A DNA stretch of 64,000 bases from Cenarchaeum sp. (GTDB taxonomy: Archaea > Thermoproteota > Nitrososphaeria > Nitrososphaerales > Nitrosopumilaceae): contig CBDESU010000001.1 of assembly GCA_965242695.1 (NCBI GenBank), positions 1,760,001 to 1,824,000 of the forward strand, in the 5' to 3' direction. The translations under genes were made by a program, and so were the position numbers. Position 1 is the first letter of the stretch; the number at the start of each line of letters is the position of its first letter. Below the pieces are notes generated by a model. The model saw only the letters and a program-made list of their open reading frames with translations. It was not told where the DNA came from and made no database searches. Positions 57,901 to 64,000 of this stretch are shown here, in pieces.

Positions 57901-60900
57901 TGCCGGACTCGTCGACGAGCCGCTTCTGGTTTACCGTGAGCGTGCCGGTGACGTTGGTTGCGTCGGCGGGGTTGGCAAAAGTGAGCGTGTGCGTGCTGTG
58001 CGGTCCCGTCCCCTGGAGGACGGGCGCCCTATGGCCGTAAGAGTCGAGCGCCAGCGCCGTGTACGCGTTCTGGTCCAGGGCGACCGGCTCGCTGTAGTAG
58101 ACGTCGAGGCTGTTGCCGCCCGTCATGTTGGCGCCGAGCAGGCGGGGGGCGATGGCGTCGGCGACGGTCATAGAGGCGGCAGCCAGCCGGTTGCCCGCCT
58201 CGTCCGGGATGCCGCCCATGGGCGGAGGGGCGTACGCCAGCGTTATGCCCTGCGGGCTGTCGTCGAGCAGGCCGCCGTCGAGCGCAAGGACGAGCTCGGT
58301 CGAGGCAGCCGAGATGCCTGACCTGGAGGACACCGCGCGCGAGTTGGAGTCGCCCCCCGATATCGTCCAGCCGCCGGGGCCGCTAGCATCGGGCTCGACG
58401 ACGGGCTCGCTGAACGTTACCCGTATCTCGCTGAGGGATGTGGCCCGGGCGCCGACGATCGTGGGCTTTTGCCCGTCGGTCAGCGGCCGGTCGATCTGGT
58501 GGGGCGTGCCCGGGTTGACGACGATCAAACCCGTTGCGTTGGGCAGCACATCCGCAATGGAGTGCGTGATCGTGTGCGTGGCCGTGTGGTTGCCCGCGAC
58601 TGTGAACGAGCCGGTGCTCGTGCCGCCGATCGTGAGAGTCCCGTAAGAGGTCGAGGCGGCCGTGGCGTACGTGATCCTTACCTGGGTGGGCGATATGATC
58701 TCGGCCGATAAGACGGAGAGCGTACGAACCTCGGCGAGCGCCTCGGATCGCGCCGTGGCGCCGCCGAGCGGGTTGGGGCTCGAGGCGACATCGCGCACTT
58801 TGTTCTCGTCAATGACGGCCGAGGCCGGCGCGCCGTGGGGTATCGCGGTTCCGGGGAACATGACCGTGTGCGCGCTCGTTCCGTTGCCGGCCAGGCTGTC
58901 GGCGTCGCGCTCCGACCCGCCGTCCAGCCGGATCTTGTACGCCGCTGTCGGCGCCGTCACATTCTCGCTGTAGTAGACGGTAAAGTTGTTGCCGCCCGTC
59001 ATGTTGGCCTCGAGCAGGCGGGGGACGATGGCGTCGGCGACGGTCATAGAGGCGGCAGCCAGCCTGTTGCCCGCCTCGTCCGGGATGCCGCCCATGGGCG
59101 GAGGGGCGTACGCCAGCGTTATGCCCTGCGGGCTGTCGTCGAGCAGGCCGCCGTCGAGCGCAAGGACCAGCTCGGCAGAGGCCGCAGAGATGCCTGACCT
59201 GGAGGACACCGCGCGCGAGTTGGAGTCGCCCCCCGATATCGTCCAGCCGCCGGGGCCGCTAGCATCGGGCTCGACGACGGGCTCGTCGAACGTTACCCGT
59301 ATCTCGTTGAGAGAGGTAGCCCGGGCGCCGACGATCGTGGGCTTTTGCCCGTCGGTCAGCGGCCGGTCGATCTGGTGGGGCGTGCCCGGGTTGACGACGA
59401 TCAAACCCGTTGCGTTGGGCAGCACATCCGCAATGGAGTGCGTGATCGTGTGCGTGGCCGTGTGGTTGCCCGCGACTGTGAACGAGCCGGTGCTCGTGCC
59501 GCCGATCGTGAGAGTCCCGTAAGAGGTCGAGGCGGCCGTGGCGTACGTGATCCTTACCTGGGTGGGCGATATGATCTCGGCCGATAAGACGGAGAGCGTA
59601 CGAACCTCGGCGAGCGCCTCGGATCGCGCCGTGGCGCCGCCGAGCGGGTTGGGGCTCGAGGCGACATCGCGCACTTTGTTCTCGTCAATGACGGCCGAGG
59701 CCGGCGCGCCGTGGGGTATCGCGGTTCCGGGGAACATGACCGTGTGCGCGCTCGTTCCGTTGCCGGCCAGGCTGTCGGCGTCGCGCTCCGACCCGCCGTC
59801 CAGCCGGATCTTGTACGCCGCTGTCGGCGCCGTCACATTCTCGCTGTAGTAGACGGTAAAGTTGTTGCCGCCCGTCATGTTGGCCTCGAGCAGGCGGGGG
59901 ACGATGGCGTCGGCGACGGTCATAGAGGCGGCAGCCAGCCTGTTGCCCGCCTCGTCCGGGATGCCGCCCATGGGCGGAGGGGCGTACGCCAGCGTTATGC
60001 CCTGCGGGCTGTCGTCGAGCAGGCCGCCGTCGAGCGCAAGGACCAGCTCGGCAGAGGCCGCAGAGATGCCTGACCTGGAGGACACCGCGCGCGAGTTGGA
60101 GTCGCCCCCCGATATCGTCCAGCCGCCGGGGCCGCTAGCATCGGGCTCGACGACGGGCTCGTCGAACGTTACCCGTATCTCGTTGAGAGAGGTAGCCCGG
60201 GCGCCGACGATCGTGGGCTTTTGCCCGTCGGTCAGCGGCCGGTCGATCTGGTGGGGCGTGCCCGGGTTGATGACGATGGAGCCATCCGCACTGGGCAGCA
60301 CATCCGCAATGGAGTGCGTGATCGTGTGCGTGGCCGTGTGGTTGCCCGCGACTGTGAACGAGCCGGTGCTCGTGCCGCCGATCGTGAGAGTCCCGTAAGA
60401 GGTCGAGGCGGCCGTGGCGTACGTGATCCTCACCTGGGTGGGCGATATGATCTCGGCCGAGGGTGCGGAGAGGGAGCGGGCCTCTACGAGCGCCTCGGAT
60501 CGCGCCGTGGCGACGCCGAGCGGGTTGGGGCTCGAGGCGACATCGCGCACTTTGTTCTCGTCAATGACGGCCGAGGCCGGCGCGCCGTGGGGTATCGCGG
60601 TTCCGGGGAACATGACCGTGTGCGCGCTCGTTCCGTTGCCCTCGATCCGGTCTGCATTGCGCGCAGTCTCTCCAGCCGGCAGGATGTCGTATGCGTCGAG
60701 CGGCGCCGTCACATTCTCGCTGTAGTAGACGGTAAAGTTGTTGCCGCCCGTCATGTTGGCCTCGAGCAGGCGGGGGACGATGGCGTCGGCGACGGTCATA
60801 GAGGCGGCAGCCAGCCTGTTGCCCGCCTCGTCCGGGATGCCGCCCATGGGCGGAGGGGCGTACGCCAGCGTTATGCCCTGCGGGCTGTCGTCGAGCAGGC

Positions 60901-63900
60901 CGCCGTCGAGCGCAAGGACCAGCTCGGCAGAGGCCGCAGAGATGCCTGACCTGGAGGACACCGCGCGCGAGTTGGAGTCGCCCCCCGATATCGTCCAGCC
61001 GCCGGGGCCGCTAGCATCGGGCTCGACGACGGGCTCGTCGAACGTTACCCGTATCTCGTTGAGAGAGGTAGCCCGGGCGCCGACGATCGTGGGCTTTTGC
61101 CCGTCGGTCAGCGGCCGGTCGATCTGGTGGGGCGTGCCCGGGTTGATGACGATGGAGCCATCCGCACTGGGCAGCACATCCGCAATGGAGTGCGTGATCG
61201 TGTGCGTGGCCGTGTGGTTGCCCGCGACTGTGAACGAGCCGGTGCTCGTGCCGCCGATCGTGAGAGTCCCGTAAGAGGTCGAGGCGGCCGTGGCGTACGT
61301 GATCCTTACCTGGGTGGGCGATATGATCTCGGCCGAGGGTGCGGAGAGGGAGCGGGCCTCTACGAGCGCCTCGGATCGCGCCGTGGCGCCGCCGAGCGGG
61401 TTGGGGCTCGAGGCGACATCGCGCACTTTGTTCTCGTCAATGACGGCCGAGGCCGGCGCGCCGTGGGGTATCGCGGTTCCGGGGAACACGACCGTGTGCG
61501 CGCTCGTTCCGTTGCCGGCCAGGCTGTCGGCGTCGCGCTCCGACCCGCCGTCCAGCCGGATCTTGTACGCCGCTGTCGGCGCCGTCACATTCTCGCTGTA
61601 GTAGACGGTAAAGTTGTTGCCGCCCGTCATGTTGGCCTCGAGCAGGCGGGGGACGATGGCGTCGGCGACGGTCATAGAGGCGGCAGCCAGCCTGTTGCCC
61701 GCCTCGTCCGGGATGCCGCCCATGGGCGGAGGGGCGTACGCCAGCGTTATGCCCTGCGGGCTGTCGTCGAGCAGGCCGCCGTCGAGCGCAAGGACCAGCT
61801 CGGCAGAGGCCGCAGAGATGCCTGACCTGGAGGACACCGCGCGCGAGTTGGAGTCGCCCCCCGATATCGTCCAGCCGCCGGGGCCGCTAGCATCGGGCTC
61901 GACGACGGGCTCGTCGAACGTTACCCGTATCTCGTTGAGAGAGGTAGCCCGGGCGCCGACGATCGTGGGCTTTTGCCCGTCGGTCAGCGGCCGGTCGATC
62001 TGGTGGGGCGTGCCCGGGTTGATGACGATGGAGCCATCCGCACTGGGCAGCACATCCGCAATGGAGTGCGTGATCGTGTGCGTGGCCGTGTGGTTGCCCG
62101 TTACGCTGAACGAGCCGGTGCTCGTGCCGCCGATCGTGAGAGTCCCGTAAGAGGTCGAGGCGGCCGTGGCGTACGTGATCCTCACCTGGGTGGGCGATAT
62201 GATCTCGGCCGAGGGTGCGGAGAGGGAGCGGGCCTCTACGAGCGCCTCGGATCGCGCCGTGGCGACGCCGAGCGGGTTGGGGCTCGAGGCGACATCGCGC
62301 ACTTTGTTCTCGTCAATGACGGCCGAGGCCGGCGCGCCGTGGGGTATCGCGGTTCCGGGGAACACGACCGTGTGCGCGCTCGTTCCGTTGCCCTCGATCC
62401 GGTCTGCATTGCGCGCAGTCTCTCCAGCCGGCAGGATGTCGTATGCGTCGAGCGGCGCCGTCACATTCTCGCTGTAGTAGACGGTAAAGTTGTTGCCGCC
62501 CGTCATGTTGGCATCCAGGAGGCGGGGGACGATGGCGTCGGCGACGGCAGTGGAGACGTCCAGCATTGGGTTGCCCGCCGTCGCGTCCGCTATGCTGTCC
62601 AGGTTTCGATCGTACGCCAGCGTTATGCCCTGCGGGCTGTCGTCAAGCAGGCCGCCGTCGAGCGTGAGGACCAGCTCGGTCGAGGCCGTCGAGATGTCCG
62701 ACCTCCTGTCGACCGCGCGCGAGTTGTAGTCGCCGCCCAATATCGTCCAGCCGCCGGGGCCGGATATTCCGGATCCGGTGACGGGCTCGTCGAACGCTAC
62801 CCGTATCTCGTTGAGAGAGGTGGCCCTGGCGCCTGCGACGGAGGGGTTCTGCCCGTCGCCAAGCGTCAGGTTCATCGGGCCGACGAATATCCCCCTCGGG
62901 TCGATCGTAAACCAGCCCGTTGCCGACGGGGTGGCAACGGGATCGTCGAACCGGACCACATGCTCGCTCGTGCCGCCCCCAGTGTACCCGCCGGGCCCGA
63001 TCGCCCTGTCTATTCCCTCTACGTGGAGCGTGGCGTACTCTAGCTGGACCGCGGAGGCGTTGAATTGCACGGTCACGCTGCGGGGCCCCGTCACCTTGGA
63101 CGAGATAATGGAGACGGACCTGTCGTCTAGGACGGTGCCGGTCAGGTATCCGTCGCCCAGACGGTTGGGCGGGACGGCGTGGTCGAGCACGGCCGACGCG
63201 TTTATCGTTACGTTTCCCCGCGAGCCGCGCGGGACGGCCGCCTCCCCGGCAAGCGCCAGCACGTGCACCGCCGTGTCGTTGTCGGCTACACTGGATACGA
63301 GGTGGGTCGTGCCGCCGGCCAGCGTAACGTTGGCGTACGCCTCCCTCGGGGCGTCGACGGGCTCGCTGTACGTCACTGTCACTTCCCTGTCGTCCGTGAG
63401 GCTGGCCGAGAGCATGCGCGGGGCGATCCCGTCGGACACGCCGAGCGACCGGACGGGGGCCAGTGCGTTGCCTGACGCATCGGCGACGGGGTGATCGCCG
63501 GCGGCCTCGTACGACAGCAGTATGCCCGACGGGCTGTCGTCGGGCAGGCTTCCGTTGAGCCTGAGCGTGACCACGTTCGATCCCTCGCCTATGGCCCGCC
63601 GCGTATCCACGACAAGGTCCCCCGCCTCGCCGCCGGACACAGACCAGCCGTCGCCCCTGATGCCCAGCCCCGCGTCCGCATCCATTACGGGCTCGCTGAG
63701 CACGACGCGTATCGTGTCGCGCAACCCCTCGGACCGCACGGCCGCGGCCCCCACGACAGAGGGATACTGCCCGTCGGCGACCTGCAGGGTGAAACTGGTC
63801 CTGTTGTCCATCCGGTTGCTGCTCGCATCCGTGATCAGTGTGCCGTCGATCGTGAGCGTGCCGGTGGCGTTTGCCGCATCCCCTCCGCCAAAGAGGATCG

Positions 63901-64000
63901 CGTGCCGGGCCGTCCCGTTGCCCTCAAGTCCCGTCACGGCGCCGCTGCCGCCAGGCGACAGAACTATGCCTCCCCTGAACGCCGCAAGGGATGCGTTTAC
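51956..64000 (-). CDS. giant repetitive cell-surface protein (>4000 aa, 5' end beyond window) with Ig-like repeats and CFI-box-CTERM
   Basis: Frame open to 64000; dozens of DG(Q/I).P...A.....V.(Y/F).EPV ~100-aa repeats (SwmB/Big-like); C-terminal GCLIATAAHGTELAPQVQALRE plus TM and Arg tail. Confidence 0.92.
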   Translation of the reverse strand, partial: VNASLAAFRGGIVLSPGGSGAVTGLEGNGTARHAILFGGGDAANATGTLTIDGTLITDASSNRMDNRTSFTLQVADGQYPSVVGAAAVRSEGLRDTIRVVLSEPVMDADAGLGIRGDGWSVSGGEAGDLVVDTRRAIGEGSNVVTLRLNGSLPDDSPSGILLSYEAAGDHPVADASGNALAPVRSLGVSDGIAPRMLSASLTDDREVTVTYSEPVDAPREAYANVTLAGGTTHLVSSVADNDTAVHVLALAGEAAVPRGSRGNVTINASAVLDHAVPPNRLGDGYLTGTVLDDRSVSIISSKVTGPRSVTVQFNASAVQLEYATLHVEGIDRAIGPGGYTGGGTSEHVVRFDDPVATPSATGWFTIDPRGIFVGPMNLTLGDGQNPSVAGARATSLNEIRVAFDEPVTGSGISGPGGWTILGGDYNSRAVDRRSDISTASTELVLTLDGGLLDDSPQGITLAYDRNLDSIADATAGNPMLDVSTAVADAIVPRLLDANMTGGNNFTVYYSENVTAPLDAYDILPAGETARNADRIEGNGTSAHTVVFPGTAIPHGAPASAVIDENKVRDVASSPNPLGVATARSEALVEARSLSAPSAEIISPTQVRITYATAASTSYGTLTIGGTSTGSFSVTGNHTATHTITHSIADVLPSADGSIVINPGTPHQIDRPLTDGQKPTIVGARATSLNEIRVTFDEPVVEPDASGPGGWTISGGDSNSRAVSSRSGISAASAELVLALDGGLLDDSPQGITLAYAPPPMGGIPDEAGNRLAAASMTVADAIVPRLLEANMTGGNNFTVYYSENVTAPTAAYKIRLDGGSERDADSLAGNGTSAHTVVFPGTAIPHGAPASAVIDENKVRDVASSPNPLGGATARSEALVEARSLSAPSAEIISPTQVRITYATAASTSYGTLTIGGTSTGSFTVAGNHTATHTITHSIADVLPSADGSIVINPGTPHQIDRPLTDGQKPTIVGARATSLNEIRVTFDEPVVEPDASGPGGWTISGGDSNSRAVSSRSGISAASAELVLALDGGLLDDSPQGITLAYAPPPMGGIPDEAGNRLAAASMTVADAIVPRLLEANMTGGNNFTVYYSENVTAPLDAYDILPAGETARNADRIEGNGTSAHTVMFPGTAIPHGAPASAVIDENKVRDVASSPNPLGVATARSEALVEARSLSAPSAEIISPTQVRITYATAASTSYGTLTIGGTSTGSFTVAGNHTATHTITHSIADVLPSADGSIVINPGTPHQIDRPLTDGQKPTIVGARATSLNEIRVTFDEPVVEPDASGPGGWTISGGDSNSRAVSSRSGISAASAELVLALDGGLLDDSPQGITLAYAPPPMGGIPDEAGNRLAAASMTVADAIVPRLLEANMTGGNNFTVYYSENVTAPTAAYKIRLDGGSERDADSLAGNGTSAHTVMFPGTAIPHGAPASAVIDENKVRDVASSPNPLGGATARSEALAEVRTLSVLSAEIISPTQVRITYATAASTSYGTLTIGGTSTGSFTVAGNHTATHTITHSIADVLPNATGLIVVNPGTPHQIDRPLTDGQKPTIVGARATSLNEIRVTFDEPVVEPDASGPGGWTISGGDSNSRAVSSRSGISAASAELVLALDGGLLDDSPQGITLAYAPPPMGGIPDEAGNRLAAASMTVADAIVPRLLEANMTGGNNFTVYYSENVTAPTAAYKIRLDGGSERDADSLAGNGTSAHTVMFPGTAIPHGAPASAVIDENKVRDVASSPNPLGGATARSEALAEVRTLSVLSAEIISPTQVRITYATAASTSYGTLTIGGTSTGSFTVAGNHTATHTITHSIADVLPNATGLIVVNPGTPHQIDRPLTDGQKPTIVGARATSLSEIRVTFSEPVVEPDASGPGGWTISGGDSNSRAVSSRSGISAASTELVLALDGGLLDDSPQGITLAYAPPPMGGIPDEAGNRLAAASMTVADAIAPRLLGANMTGGNSLDVYYSEPVALDQNAYTALALDSYGHRAPVLQGTGPHSTHTLTFANPADATNVTGTLTVNQKRLVDESGNAAGGTESLGQQVKDGQPPAIAAAAAVSRDRIEVTFTETVSAAWSASDAGGWTATGTGGPQVSSRSDISGAGSHVLELGLSGNLSSDNPSGIKLSYGDDGTATVRDAAGIALPDVPQRAVGDGIAPRILSAEVVDEFKIEILYSEPVGRNVAAYGTLDLGPDGPRAPIGVAGIGASSLHTVTFGGDEAAADNATGTLIVNQTGLEDVSGNALGGNASSREMVADGQRPEIKSSAVTGSNNITVQYSEPVAAPLSAYRSLTLTSHETSLSSAHAIRNFTGNSTHVHVIGFDTAAPNNVAGTLTINATAVLDLAGGQNSLARDDPLRQDIYDDRAPTIVSARVTGSGEAVIEYSRPAFAPLSAYQAIVVDGIGRAPSAPPDDWNGTRFHTLSLDPAGAAPNATGSILIDGPAVVDADDRPFGLAPVNRTLADGQEPGVIGATALSRTQIRVAFDEPVRDASDAGGSGGWRVDGRDAGGSTVASRSDLSSPLPALVLTLDGGLNGTLPSADLSYGDGLIEDAAGNALGRVSARTIADGIPPEPVSASLVAGNSLTVAYSEPVVWESGAYTSLDLSAGGSPEPGDPVESGASDTHTVGFGSPAASTGENGTLAVDGSRIADEAGNAMGAPRRVAVADGQRPAVESARITGGSVLTIVYSEPVARDPDAYGMLDLAAGGPRAPSGPEGGGFSAVHSLTFGEPAAAANATGMLAVDRERLLDRAGIALGTGDAELALADGQRPEIVLSAFMWNDTVEVRYSEPVAAGPSAYSGLAVDTVDAPPVITRFEGNNTALHVVGLDSAIPVHASGTIVVDETAVLDLAGGRNALGENATSVRALFDGRSPTIVSARVAGPGTVEIEYSRPASAPPSAYHSLVVDGAPRTVLQESGWSDARTHELAFAPETNATDATGTISVDGPSVADQDGRQLAPGAVSRALADGQPPMIDSAAAVSRTELRVNFSEAVVDGGGAGGAGGWHVGGADAAAASAVASMSAVSEAALALVLDGSLADTLPDEVVLSYAGGAVRDASGNELGPATVRDIADGIAPEVERAAITGGSSATVWYTEPVLASADPPAYSSLELEPGGPRTIESFTEGLAREHGIGFGGAPAPLRTAGSVAIDLSLVGDGAGNAAGAGVLEQGLADGQGPPARVRATASAAFASPSTVVVEYSAALGLPPSAGARPAYGAVAVASEGASRPSVRDVVSEEGIGTAVHTVRFGGAPVGAGQGGSIEVSFDLEAAIAADGTQVWFPNGTLPVGPGERFSTVVVPPSDPERIVEVGVDTFARTVNATGAGDAARPAINVTGLVQVRPPAAPPGGGAPGAGAGAGSGNGTAVFPGDAEVRIITSFAEVSFPPNATASYVPADGRIELYVSGEGLPRGRVAEALGLDPARLELGLLVEVGDPDAHIVFDLPVRIRLTGQAGGSAFYVNATSGAVVPIGTMCAADGTAPVHAQLGGAGECQIDLDEAGDKVVYTYHLTLFGTARAADAPVDSPPARPPAVQPPAVVVVPPAAGPSGAAPAPPAAPFLGGGGGAPGGGSSGGGVGIGGGRGGGGGGSPLPAGPSAVVLHSAAWDCSDGTMRIVVGAGESEPAVTVLSSGGSAVAERAALQGAPGLAVYEAPLPDDSILSIRAVSADGRVVSTASEVVRTGGACAGEAVFEQLGAGAGSGGGAGTGPRPDGDAGAAGPLDSPGAVPEAEPAATAPGGAAPGSDATPARQDPAPKSSADGRPAFEMEEGRGAVYYVKRYAEQADYREWFGTAHPQYADICEAVGAAQGCVEAHLEAAASAVDGADAGDGIVCRDGMALRDGRCVPDGAGGQGAQVRDGNAEPEPAAPGAGGAAGGGCLIATAAHGTELAPQVQALREYRDETLMSTGHGRAIMPAFSAAYYSFSPHVADMEREHPAVRQAVAALIAPLLYALQAAALADHGSDASVLAHGAAAALLAAGLYAGVPAAAGAGLAAVGAGAAMAARRRRRSGRRIQASR
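58110..62830 (-). repeat. about five near-identical 876-bp tandem repeats (292 aa each)
   Basis: Same sequence recurs at 58662, 59538, 60414, 61290 and 62166. Confidence 0.95.

Noticed and set aside
52935-63494. Many long overlapping or antisense ORFs within the giant gene
   Set aside because: Expected from GC-rich codon bias and repeated with the 876-bp period; no independent motifs.

Overview
This is a GC-rich archaeal chromosome segment, most likely from Nitrososphaerota (Thaumarchaeota; Nitrosopumilaceae/Cenarchaeum-like). The lineage call rests on CFI-box-CTERM and PEF-CTERM proteins, a single-OB-fold SSB, a membrane cupredoxin, rpl15e and TATA-driven, often leaderless genes. Bases 1-33.7 kb are mostly housekeeping genes: sirC-hemA-hemB, Bax1-XPB, intron-containing tRNA-Leu(CAA), ssb, pgk, ctaB, hppA, mrp, rpo7-spt4, nadC/nadA/nadX, rpl11 and spt5. 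Bases 34-64 kb are largely accessory: two giant paralogous surface proteins (one with five 876-bp repeats), a tandemly duplicated unknown gene plus PD-(D/E)xK nuclease module, a PIN-like gene and an HEPN-TPR gene with 102-bp repeats. Three observations stand out. (1) Many intergenic regions carry mutually unrelated repeat-spacer-repeat units (31-38 bp direct repeats around a 26-40 nt insert, period mostly 71-72 bp). This geometry resembles off-target Cas1-Cas2 spacer integration. (2) An Elf1-like zinc ribbon is fused in frame to Spt5. (3) There are candidate defence genes (HEPN-TPR and the duplicated nuclease module). All calls come from reading the sequence; no database searches were run.
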